Assembly: GCF_000025505.1 (NCBI RefSeq)
Contig: NC_013849.1
Location: 1,740,001 to 1,772,000, forward strand
Direction of reading: 5' to 3'
Length of the DNA stretch: 32,000 nt
Origin: Ferroglobus placidus DSM 10642
Lineage (GTDB): Archaea; Halobacteriota; Archaeoglobi; Archaeoglobales; Archaeoglobaceae
This document shows, one piece after another, positions 12,581-20,538 of this stretch. A program made the position numbers and the translations under genes. Within the stretch, counting starts at the first letter, position 1. Each line of letters opens with the position of its first letter. A model generated the notes under the pieces. It saw nothing but the letters and a program-made list of their open reading frames with translations. It made no database searches and was not told the origin of the DNA.

Positions 12581-13443
12581 CTCACCAGAAGAACTACTCT
12601 ACTTACCTCAGACTCGTCTTTAATTTCATATCCGGTTAGCTTAGCGAGTTCTTCAGCAAATCTTCTTACATCTTCGTGCTCCGGCATGTTCTCCGCCTTT
12701 AACCTCCTCCTCGAGTAGCCGAGGTACATGTAAGCTTTAGCCTCAACGAAGTCTGGGGAAGCTTTGTCTATAATTTCCGCAAATTTTTCGGGCTTCATGT
12801 TCACGTCCTTTATTAAAGTTAATCTGATAACCGTCCTGAAATCAAGATTTGGAAGAATTCTCAGGCTTTCTTCTATCTTATCCCACTTATTTCCTTGCAA
12901 AGCTTTGTGGCTTTCTTCGTCGTAAGCTGTGAGGCTCAAGTAAAGCTGATAAGGTTCGACTCTCTCCAAAGCCTGCGGATTAGTTCCGTTCGTCACGAGG
13001 AATGTCGTAAAGTTCCTTTTCTTGTACTCATCCACGAGCTCATCGATTCTCGGATACAAAGTCGGCTCTCCGATGAGGCTTATCGCCACGTGCTTCGGAT
13101 TCAAAGCTTCTTCAAGTTTCCTTCTGTTCACGCCAGCTGTCCCAAAGAAACCGCTCAGCAACCTTCTCTGAGCTTTTATGCTCTCCTCAACTATAAATTC
13201 CGGCTCATCCCACTCCTTAAACGGTGGCATCAAATCGAGGGGTCTCCAGCAGTGAACGCATGAAAGGTTGCAGATTAAAGCTGGTGACATCTGGAGGCAG
13301 CGATGAGATGGAATACCGTAAAACTTCTGCTTGTAACAGTAACCTTCATCTTTTAACGACTTCTTGAGCCAGAGGCACGTTTTTACAGCCGAATGTTTTC
13401 CAACTATGTGGTAACCTTTCAAATCCGCTAAAGTTTTTGCCAT
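12577..13443 (-). CDS. taw1: tRNA 4-demethylwyosine synthase (Taw1/TYW1, radical SAM)
   Basis: 'GKHSAVKTCLWLKKSL...YCYKQKFYGI.SHRC' and the radical-SAM cluster 'CNLSCVHC'. Confidence 0.85.
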   Translation of the reverse strand: MAKTLADLKGYHIVGKHSAVKTCLWLKKSLKDEGYCYKQKFYGIPSHRCLQMSPALICNLSCVHCWRPLDLMPPFKEWDEPEFIVEESIKAQRRLLSGFFGTAGVNRRKLEEALNPKHVAISLIGEPTLYPRIDELVDEYKKRNFTTFLVTNGTNPQALERVEPYQLYLSLTAYDEESHKALQGNKWDKIEESLRILPNLDFRTVIRLTLIKDVNMKPEKFAEIIDKASPDFVEAKAYMYLGYSRRRLKAENMPEHEDVRRFAEELAKLTGYEIKDESEVSRVVLLVR

Positions 13444-13488
13444 AATGTTTTAATTAAGAGCAATGGAGTTAAAAATTTGACCGTCCAA

Positions 13489-13725
13489 TTACGGCGCTCT
13501 GAAAAATAGCCCTTCATCCGCATCGAGTATCAACCCGTCGAGAAAAGCTTTAGCGTCTTCGTCTAAAACGAACAGTATCCCATCGATCTCCTCTCCTTCC
13601 TCATCAATCTTCTCTTTGAACACTTCGATTTTAGCGTAGATGGAGCACGTCCAAACTAAGCTGATTTTAACTGCCTTGATACCGTTCTCCTTCAGGTACT
13701 CCAACGCTTTCCTCGTCACTTCCAT
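13489..13725 (-). CDS. Hypothetical small protein (78 aa)
   Basis: ORF with coding-like composition. No motif recognised. Confidence 0.4.
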   Translation of the reverse strand: MEVTRKALEYLKENGIKAVKISLVWTCSIYAKIEVFKEKIDEEGEEIDGILFVLDEDAKAFLDGLILDADEGLFFRAP

Positions 13726-13818
13726 TCTTCAGCCCCTATAACTATTAGCTCCAACCAAAAATAACCTTTATCTTGCGAAAATGGAAATCGTTTTAACTTT
13801 CCACGACTCTTTTTCTCT

Positions 13819-14580
13819 ATGAACGTCTGCGTTAACGGAGCGGCTGGGAGAATGGGTAGGCTCGTTGTAAAAAATGCAGTCGAGGCTAACCATAAAGTCG
13901 TTCAGGCTTTTGACGTTAGAGAAATTGGTAAAGATGCCGGAGAGCTTGCCGGAGTTGGGAAGATAGGCACGTTAATTCAGGAAATGAGCGATTTAAACTG
14001 CGACGTCGCAATAGACTTTTCCGTTCCGGAAGCCACCATAAAGCTCGTTGAGCTTGCTTTGAAATCCAACACTAAGCTCGTGATAGGAACAACCGGATTT
14101 AACGATGAGCAGAAAAGAGTGATTGAAGAGGCAAGCAAGAAAATTCCGATAGTAATGAGTCCCAACTTTAGCGTTGGCGTGAACGTTTTCTGGAAAATTA
14201 TAGAGGAGGCTTCAAAACTGCTTAGAGATTACGATGTGGAGATATTGGAGATTCACCACCGCTTTAAGAGAGATGCGCCGAGCGGAACCGCTTTAAAAGC
14301 TGCGGAAATCGTGAAGAATGAGATTGGTGTTGAGAAACTCGTTTTCGGAAGAAGCGGAGAGTGCTTGAGGGGAGACGAAATCGGAGTCATGGCGATTAGA
14401 GGAGGAGACGTCGTTGGAGAACACTATGTCATGTTCATAGGATTTGGTGAAAGAATAGAGATCAATCACAAAGCTTGGAGCAGGGAAATCTTTGCGAGAG
14501 GAGCGATAAAAGCTGCTGAATGGGTAATGAATGTTGACAAACCCGGACTTTACGGGATGAGGGACGTTTTGGGGGTTTGA
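13819..14580 (+). CDS. dapB: 4-hydroxy-tetrahydrodipicolinate reductase
   Basis: 'GAAGRMG' Rossmann loop and 'EIHHRFKRDAPSGTA', the DapB signature. Confidence 0.9.
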   Translation: MNVCVNGAAGRMGRLVVKNAVEANHKVVQAFDVREIGKDAGELAGVGKIGTLIQEMSDLNCDVAIDFSVPEATIKLVELALKSNTKLVIGTTGFNDEQKRVIEEASKKIPIVMSPNFSVGVNVFWKIIEEASKLLRDYDVEILEIHHRFKRDAPSGTALKAAEIVKNEIGVEKLVFGRSGECLRGDEIGVMAIRGGDVVGEHYVMFIGFGERIEINHKAWSREIFARGAIKAAEWVMNVDKPGLYGMRDVLGV

Positions 14581-15401
14581 AGATGGTGAGTAGAGAGGAT
14601 GTTGTAGAAGCTGTAAAAAAGATTCTTCTTGAGGCTGAGACGAAGCTAAGCGATGATGTTGTCGAAGCTATAAAAAGAGCTTACGATGAGGAGGAAGGTT
14701 ACGCAAAAGAAATTCTGAAAGCGATTCTTGAGAATGTCGAGTACTCTTCGAAGAATAAAATTCCCATGTGCCAAGACACCGGCATTCCCGTGTTTTTCGT
14801 CGAGCTCGGAAGAGAGCTATGCTTGGACTTCAACCTTTATGATGCTATCAGGGAGGGAGTTGTAAAAGCAACTAAGGAAATCCCACTGAGACCTAACGCG
14901 GTGCATCCGATTACGAGGAAGAATTCTGGAGATAACACCGGAATGCACATGCCGCTTATAAGCGTTGACATCGTCGAAGGGGATAGGATGAAAATAGCCG
15001 TGATGCCGAAAGGAGCTGGAAGCGAGAATGTATCAGCTCTTAAGATGCTTTTACCGAGTCAGGTAAACGAGATAAAGAAATTCGTTGTCGAGGTTGTTAA
15101 AAATGCCGGTGGAAAGCCTTGTCCACCGATTTTCATTGGAGTTGGAATTGGTTCAACCTTCGACGGAGCTGCGAAACTTGCTAAAAAAGCGCTTCTTAGA
15201 AATGTTAATGAGATGAACGAATTTGAGCTGGAGATACTCAATGCCGTCAACGAGCTCGGAATAGGGGCTGGTGGGCTCGGAGGAAAGTATACAGCTTTAG
15301 CCGTCCTCGTTGAAATGGGTCACTGCCACACCGCTTCTTTGCCTGTGGCGGTTAACGTTCAGTGCTGGGCTAACAGAAGAGCTTGGATTGAGTTGAGGTG
15401 A
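14577..15401 (+). CDS. Class I fumarate hydratase / tartrate dehydratase, alpha (N-terminal) subunit
   Basis: '[14 protein letters not shown]' and 'PKGAGSEN' motifs. Coupled to the beta subunit gene. Confidence 0.85.
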   Translation: MKMVSREDVVEAVKKILLEAETKLSDDVVEAIKRAYDEEEGYAKEILKAILENVEYSSKNKIPMCQDTGIPVFFVELGRELCLDFNLYDAIREGVVKATKEIPLRPNAVHPITRKNSGDNTGMHMPLISVDIVEGDRMKIAVMPKGAGSENVSALKMLLPSQVNEIKKFVVEVVKNAGGKPCPPIFIGVGIGSTFDGAAKLAKKALLRNVNEMNEFELEILNAVNELGIGAGGLGGKYTALAVLVEMGHCHTASLPVAVNVQCWANRRAWIELR

Positions 15402-15405
15402 TAGT

Positions 15406-15984
15406 ATGCTGCTGCGAACACCTTTAAGGGAGGAGGATTTGCTAAAGCTTGAGGTGGGAGAAGCTGTTTACATTTCCGGAGAAATAATAACTGCAAGAGA
15501 CGCGGCACACGTGAGAATTCTCGAGTTTTTTGAAAGAGGAGAGAAGCTACCTTTTGAGCTGAACCGCTCGGTCGTTTACCACTGCGGACCGATAATAAAA
15601 AAGAATCACGAGTTCAAAGTCATCTCAGCAGGTCCGACAACTTCTGCGAGAATGAACCCCATGACTCCGAAAATTCTCGAAAAAGTGGACTGCTTGGCTA
15701 TAGTTGGAAAAGGCGGAATGAGTGACGAAGTAATCGAAGCTTTAAAGGGGAAGGGAGTTTACCTCGCTTATCCGGGTGGAGCGGGAGCTTTGGCAGCGAA
15801 AGCAATAAAGAGGGTGAAAGCGGTTTACTGGGAAGATCTTGGAATGCCGGAGGCAGTGTGGGTTTTCGAGGTCGAAAACTTCGGACCGTGCATAGTCGGA
15901 ATTGACGCTAAAGGAAACAGCATATACAAAAAAGTTGAGAAAGCCGTCGAAGAGAACTTCAGAAAAATTATATCTCAGCTATGA
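15406..15984 (+). CDS. Class I fumarate hydratase, beta (C-terminal) subunit
   Basis: '[11 protein letters not shown]', 'YHCGP' and 'AGPTTSARM' motifs. Confidence 0.85.
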   Translation: MLLRTPLREEDLLKLEVGEAVYISGEIITARDAAHVRILEFFERGEKLPFELNRSVVYHCGPIIKKNHEFKVISAGPTTSARMNPMTPKILEKVDCLAIVGKGGMSDEVIEALKGKGVYLAYPGGAGALAAKAIKRVKAVYWEDLGMPEAVWVFEVENFGPCIVGIDAKGNSIYKKVEKAVEENFRKIISQL

Positions 15985-16378
15985 GTCCGTCTATCATTCC
16001 TTTCACGTCTACTGGCGAAGCTCTCTTCCAGAAGTAGTAAAAGACGCTCTCGCACCAGTCGACAACTTCCTTGTTTTCGCTTCGAAACATCGGTGAGTAC
16101 GTGTGGTAGTATTGGAAGTAGACGAGTTTACCGTCGAGAACTCCGAGTAATAAAGGCGTGTCGTAAACTCTGATTTCTATCTTATCCCTAACTATTTTCA
16201 GTTCTTTTTTACTCAAGTCCATGTCGATCAGTACTTGCCTTATCGTTTCGAGTCTGTCTTTTAAAGTGTCTCTGCTCGAAATAACCTTCTCGGAAGCTCC
16301 CTGAAGGTTTAAATTCACCATTAACTTGTATATGTCGTAGTTAATTATTCTGTCAATGTACAATCCGTACTCCCTCAC
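15968..16378 (-). CDS. C-terminal half of a DUF1724-type regulator (separate ORF, GTG start)
   Basis: The C-terminal '[16 protein letters not shown]' resembles the conserved end of DUF1724/FilR1-type regulators. It begins 1 nt after the stop of the upstream wHTH ORF, in another frame. Confidence 0.5.
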   Translation of the reverse strand: MREYGLYIDRIINYDIYKLMVNLNLQGASEKVISSRDTLKDRLETIRQVLIDMDLSKKELKIVRDKIEIRVYDTPLLLGVLDGKLVYFQYYHTYSPMFRSENKEVVDWCESVFYYFWKRASPVDVKGMIDGLIAEI

Positions 16379-16379
16379 T

Positions 16380-16781
16380 TTAGAAAAGGTCTTCGAGACC
16401 CTTCATTACTCCATCTAAGAACTCGAATTTTTCTGAAAATCTGAGCACGAGAGGAAATCCGTGCTTTAAGTACGGAGGAAGCATTTTTAAGAATTCTTCC
16501 GCTTTTTTTATCTCTTCTTCGAACTCGAAAGATTCGAGAAGGTTTTCGAAAGTCGTGAGGATCAGATCTCCGTAGGAGCTGATCTCGTAAACTTCTCCTC
16601 GCTTTCTGATCATCTCAAGCTTTTCCAGTCTGCTTAACGCTCTCGAAACTGTAGACTTCGGTGCTTTTAACTCTTCTACAATTTCAGAAAACTTGCACTT
16701 CTTTTTAGACAGCAGTTCGAGAATCTGATACCTCCACGGGTTGAGACACTCTTTTATCAGTTCAAAGCATTTCTCCCTCAC
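16380..16781 (-). CDS. ArsR-like winged-HTH protein (N-terminal half of a DUF1724-type regulator)
   Basis: 'RYQILELLSKKKCKFSEIVEELKAPKSTVSRALSRLEKLEMIRKRGEVYEIS'. A TATA-like 'TTTTATAAAT' lies upstream on the minus strand. Confidence 0.7.
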   Translation of the reverse strand: MREKCFELIKECLNPWRYQILELLSKKKCKFSEIVEELKAPKSTVSRALSRLEKLEMIRKRGEVYEISSYGDLILTTFENLLESFEFEEEIKKAEEFLKMLPPYLKHGFPLVLRFSEKFEFLDGVMKGLEDLF

Positions 16782-17131
16782 ATCGACATCTCTTACGCTC
16801 TAAATTTATAAAATTTTTTTAAAAGACTAACTGAGTAATCGAATAGTTAAAGTTTCGGCGATAATTTTTGCGATAGCGCCTACCTCAAATTTGCTCTGAA
16901 TTTCACGAGATTACACATAAACGATTGTTTATATGTCGCTTTAAAGTTGTTTGCGGTTGAAGTTCTTGGTATAAAATTCGATCTCGCTGTAGTTAAGTTG
17001 ACAACTACATCCTGAGCGTAAACTTTTTATGCCACTTTGTCACTTTGATACACAATTACAAAGAGGTGGTAAAAATGGATGAAAAAGAGAAGCTGAAGGA
17101 TCCGAAGATCTTCGCTCCAACGTAACGGAGC

Positions 17132-17353
17132 TCAGCTAACTTCCCCTCCGAACTTATAACCAATTTTTTCAATCTTTTCAGCTATTTTATCGACGTTTAC
17201 AAGTTCGTCGTCAAATTTAACTCTCGCAACTCCCTCCTCTAACTTCACTTCAACCTCTTTGACCCCTTCTAACGACCTCAATGCGTTTTCAACAGCTTTT
17301 GCGCAGCCAGCGCAACTCATACCTTCAACCCTTACAATTTTTTCAACTATCAT
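17132..17353 (-). CDS. copZ: Heavy-metal-associated (HMA) copper chaperone
   Basis: 'GMSCAGCAKAVENAL' MxCxxC motif. The ATG at 17353 gives the canonical ~73-aa HMA domain; the track ORF extends to 17398. Confidence 0.8.
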   Translation of the reverse strand: MIVEKIVRVEGMSCAGCAKAVENALRSLEGVKEVEVKLEEGVARVKFDDELVNVDKIAEKIEKIGYKFGGEVS

Positions 17354-17432
17354 ATCCCAGTCTTTTCCTTCCGACGAGAAATACTTCACCGCTAACAAAT
17401 TGTTAAACCGGTAGTGTTTTCTTTAGAAACTA

Positions 17433-18089
17433 ATGCTTTCTTCCATGGAAGTGGACGTCGTTAAATTTAAAAGGCCTAAAAAGCACAACGCGCTCGATTT
17501 AGAGCATTTGAAAGAAATCTACGAGGATTTCGAGTCTTGCAAGAATGCGGTGGTGATTTACGGAGAGCCGAGCTTTTGCTCAGGCATAGATCTCGATTAC
17601 TTCAGAGAAGCTGAAGAGGATGAAATTGTAGAATTTGCGGAACTCGCCAACTCGCTGATTTTGAAAATCTGCTCCCATCCGAAGCCGGTTGTTGCGTTCG
17701 TAAAGGGGTATGCGATTGGGGCTGGGTTCAGCATAGCTTTAGCCTGCGATTCGATAATCGCTGACGAGAATGCAGTATTTTCAACGGGTTTTGCAAAACT
17801 TGGAATCGCTCCAGACATGGGCGTTTCATACTTGCTACCGAGAGTTGTTGGATTAAAAAAAGCGCTTTACCTCCTCATGAGTGCGGAGAGGATTACAGCG
17901 GAGAAAGCTTACGAGTTGGGGATTGTTCAAAGTTTTGGAGAGCTTGAGGATGCTATCAAGGTTGCAAGAGAGCTCAACGGAAATTCGGTTAAGTACATTA
18001 AAGAACTCGTTTATTCTGGACTGAAAGAGCACATAGAAAAGGAAAAAACTCTTGCGTTAAAGTCGATTGGGGAGATTAGAGGGAAATGA
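17433..18089 (+). CDS. Enoyl-CoA hydratase/isomerase (crotonase) family protein, short form
   Basis: 'FCSGIDL' and 'GYAIGAGFSIALACD' oxyanion-hole motifs. Confidence 0.8.
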   Translation: MLSSMEVDVVKFKRPKKHNALDLEHLKEIYEDFESCKNAVVIYGEPSFCSGIDLDYFREAEEDEIVEFAELANSLILKICSHPKPVVAFVKGYAIGAGFSIALACDSIIADENAVFSTGFAKLGIAPDMGVSYLLPRVVGLKKALYLLMSAERITAEKAYELGIVQSFGELEDAIKVARELNGNSVKYIKELVYSGLKEHIEKEKTLALKSIGEIRGK

Positions 18090-18120
18090 TTGATTAACGC
18101 TTTAAAATAAAGGATAAAGG

Positions 18121-18504
18121 TTAGTCATAGTCGCAGGAAACGACGGGAATGCTCACTTCGATCTCATCGTAGGGAACGACAGGAACCTTTCTTCTCCTCT
18201 TACCTTTTTTCTCTTCCACGAATTTGACGAGTCCGAGCATTTCGAGAATTTCCAGATCCTTGATCACGTTCCTCCTGTTCCTCCCCAACAACTTAGCCAG
18301 TTCGTAAACGCTTTTCGGATTCTTCTCTTTTATCACGTGCAGAATCTTCAACCTTTCCGGAGTCAGAATTTTTCTGAGCGCTTCGTAACTCTCGAAAACG
18401 ATTCTCTCGAACTCCACATCCTCTCCTTCATCGATTCTCCTCGCTACCTCCAAAAGTTCCTCCCTACTATCTCTCCTCCCGATCTCAATCCTCAACTTTA
18501 CCAT
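18121..18504 (-). CDS. HTH DNA-binding protein, putative antitoxin partner
   Basis: 'LTPERLKILHVIKEKNPKSVYELAKLLGRNRRNVIKDLEILEMLGLVKF' is a wHTH. The ATG at 18504 overlaps the 3' end of the upstream toxin-like frame. Confidence 0.6.
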   Translation of the reverse strand: MVKLRIEIGRRDSREELLEVARRIDEGEDVEFERIVFESYEALRKILTPERLKILHVIKEKNPKSVYELAKLLGRNRRNVIKDLEILEMLGLVKFVEEKKGKRRRKVPVVPYDEIEVSIPVVSCDYD

Positions 18505-18799
18505 ACAGCACCTCCTCCACGATTTTAACATCCTCGAAGAACCTCTCAATCAGCTTTTCGACGCTTTCAAACTCTATTCCCTCCTCTTTATCGAAGAAGT
18601 GTCTGTGGTGTCCTTATCCCCTTTCGTTGTCGTAGCCGAGAACTCTCCTGTAGCTTTCGCCTTCAACGTGAACGTAAGCCATCGAGTACTTCACACCTCG
18701 GGAAAATCCTCGGACTTCGGAACCCTTCAAATATTGATCCGAATAATGTCCCCATGATCGTTGACCTCCTTGTAATCCACGAGCAATTTTGCCATTCAA
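18485..18799 (-). pseudogene. DUF6516-like putative toxin gene interrupted by an in-frame TAA
   Basis: The frame reads '...KYSMAYVHVEGESYRRVLGYDNERG*GHHRHFFDKEEGIEFESVEKLIERFFEDV...'. The stop (18614..18616) sits between the 'YDN' and 'HHRH' halves of the family motif, and the reading frame continues for 42 more codons. Confidence 0.5.
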
Positions 18800-18853
18800 T
18801 ATGTGTTATGTAAGCACACATATTTAAAGCTATCGAGTTTAGGCAGCTCCCCC

Positions 18854-18892
18854 TCGTTATCACCTTAGAACTCGCTAAGGTTTTGGTGCAAA
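18854..18892. repeat. Copy 1 of a perfect 39-bp direct repeat (TCGTTATCACCTTAGAACTCGCTAAGGTTTTGGTGCAAA)
   Basis: Identical to 20196..20234. It contains the hairpin ACCTTAG-aactcg-CTAAGGT followed by TTT. Confidence 0.95.
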
Positions 18893-18925
18893 CCTTTTTA
18901 TTCTTAAAAAAGGGTAAGAGAGGAT

Positions 18926-19930
18926 TTGTGGAGGAAATTGAAGCAAATTGCTGAATCTCTGAACGCCAACATTTCAGATCTACTCGAAACGAAGATTATC
19001 GAGCTAATAGCAGTTTACGAATCGTTTTTGGGAACGGGCCGGGAGGGATTTGAACCCCCGACCGCGGGATTAAGAGTCCGTCAGAGCTTCGTTTCCTTTG
19101 ACCTCCGTGAATTTTACTCCAAACACGAATCGGAGTTCAGAGAATGGCTCTACGGTAGAATGTCCAAGAAATCCGCTGATCAGTATTTGAGCGCCATAAA
19201 AAGGTATTTACCTCACGGAGTTAGCGAACCGAAAGACCTCGACCGTTTAGTGACGAAAACCAAGTACCTCCCCTTAGGAATAAGGAATTTCTTAAACTTC
19301 CTCGAAGATCAGTACTACATGGACAACCTTGGGGGATTCAGCTTCGCCATATGGAGGAAGCACTTACCGACGAAAACCGGAAACAAGAAAGGAGAAAAGA
19401 TCTTCTTGACCGATAAGGACGTCGTGAAATGCTTTAAGCTGATAAAAGAAAAGTGGAACGACGAAGTAACGATAAACCTCTACAAACTCCTCGTATTCTC
19501 GGGGATAAGACTTGAACATGCTTACAGACTCCTCGAAAGCTTCGATAAACGAAAACTGATAATAGAGGGTAAAGTAGCCATGTATCCGATCGAGGAAATT
19601 ACGAAAGGACATAAGAAGGGTTACTTTGCTTTCCTACCGGCGGAATTTGCCAGAAAGTTGGAAAAATATGACATGATGAAACTCGCAGCCTACAAAAGCA
19701 GATTAACTCCTAAACAATGGAAGCCACCGGTTGACAGTCCGGTTTCCCCGATTAGAATTAGAGCGTGGTTCCAGAACTTCGCCATCGAGCATGGAGTGAA
19801 GACCGAAGCTCTTCGCTTCATTGTCGGACATTCCCCGGCAACCGTCGGAGAAGCTCACTACTACAACCTCAAGAAGATCGCTAAGGAGGAGTACAAGAAG
19901 ATCGTGGACAAGTTCCCAATACCACCTTGA
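18926..19930 (+). CDS. int: SSV-type tyrosine recombinase; chimeric ORF of a foreign int(N)-like remnant, attL and int(C) of the resident element
   Basis: 334-aa ORF with a TTG start. The C-terminal 'IRIRAWFQNF...LRFIVGHSPATVGEAHYY' is a tyrosine-recombinase catalytic region. Codons 36-52 are the tRNA-derived att sequence 'GTGREGFEPPTAGLRV'. Confidence 0.8.
   Translation: MWRKLKQIAESLNANISDLLETKIIELIAVYESFLGTGREGFEPPTAGLRVRQSFVSFDLREFYSKHESEFREWLYGRMSKKSADQYLSAIKRYLPHGVSEPKDLDRLVTKTKYLPLGIRNFLNFLEDQYYMDNLGGFSFAIWRKHLPTKTGNKKGEKIFLTDKDVVKCFKLIKEKWNDEVTINLYKLLVFSGIRLEHAYRLLESFDKRKLIIEGKVAMYPIEEITKGHKKGYFAFLPAEFARKLEKYDMMKLAAYKSRLTPKQWKPPVDSPVSPIRIRAWFQNFAIEHGVKTEALRFIVGHSPATVGEAHYYNLKKIAKEEYKKIVDKFPIPP
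19031..19079. repeat. attL: 49-bp copy of the tRNA-Lys 3' part
   Basis: Base-for-base identical to 27663..27711 (GGAACGGGCCGGGAGGGATTTGAACCCCCGACCGCGGGATTAAGAGTCC). Confidence 0.95.
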
Positions 19931-20195
19931 GATTCAAGCTTCCGTTCATTCCTCACAACCAAGAGTTTGAGCTTATTGATCTGTTGATATACGAGGCTAA
20001 GAGGTGGTGGACATATGCAAGCTTCATCACAGTCTTTTTGAGGTCCAATGGCAGTTCCTACGATGAAAACGGTATACCGCAAAACAAGGACTCGAGTCCT
20101 GAGACAAACAGTATACCATTTCTTCCACCAAATCTCAACGAGAAAACCAGAGGAAAACACGCGAACTGCCCTACCTTTTTCCCTTTGTTACCCCT

Positions 20196-20234
20196 TCGTT
20201 ATCACCTTAGAACTCGCTAAGGTTTTGGTGCAAA
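20196..20234. repeat. Copy 2 of the perfect 39-bp direct repeat
   Basis: Identical to 18854..18892. It lies 266 nt downstream of the int stop. Confidence 0.95.
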
Positions 20235-20538
20235 ACTCGACTCTGATCAATATCGATAAACGTGCATGTTGAAAAATATAGATAAATCCATACATATATG
20301 CCGAGAGTCGGAACTAATCTACGAAAATATAATAATAGGCTTAAATATTTTGCAAATTGGCATAAAGGCTCGAATCGGTAAAGCTTTTAACGTTCAGGCT
20401 ATAATAAGCTATTGAACATAAAAGCTATTGAATAAAAATTATAAAATTCTTTTTATATTATTCAACTCTGCGATAAATTTTTAAGAATCTGGCTCTAATG
20501 TTTAATGATCTTGTGTTTGGCAAGGAGGTGAGAACCGG

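Noticed and set aside
16782-18120. A third att (tRNA-Lys 3'-half) copy that would mark the far end of an older tandem element to the left of the TA-like pair.
   Set aside because: I scanned the intergenic stretches (16782..17131, 17399..17432, 18090..18120) by eye for GGGATTTGAACCC or TTAAGAGTCC and found none. The older element's left boundary is undefined or deleted.
18614-18616. The in-frame stop in the toxin-like gene as programmed recoding (selenocysteine or pyrrolysine).
   Set aside because: The codon is TAA, not TGA or TAG, and no SECIS/PYLIS-like context is apparent. A nonsense mutation (pseudogene) is the simpler reading.
19861-20272. Three overlapping ORFs downstream of int (19861..20160 minus, 19927..20220 plus, 20048..20272 plus).
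   Set aside because: They are mutually exclusive, have no Shine-Dalgarno sequence and have odd composition (W/C/R-rich). I treat the region as non-coding spacer. It contains a 14-bp palindrome AGGACTCGAGTCCT at 20087..20100 and the 39-bp repeat.
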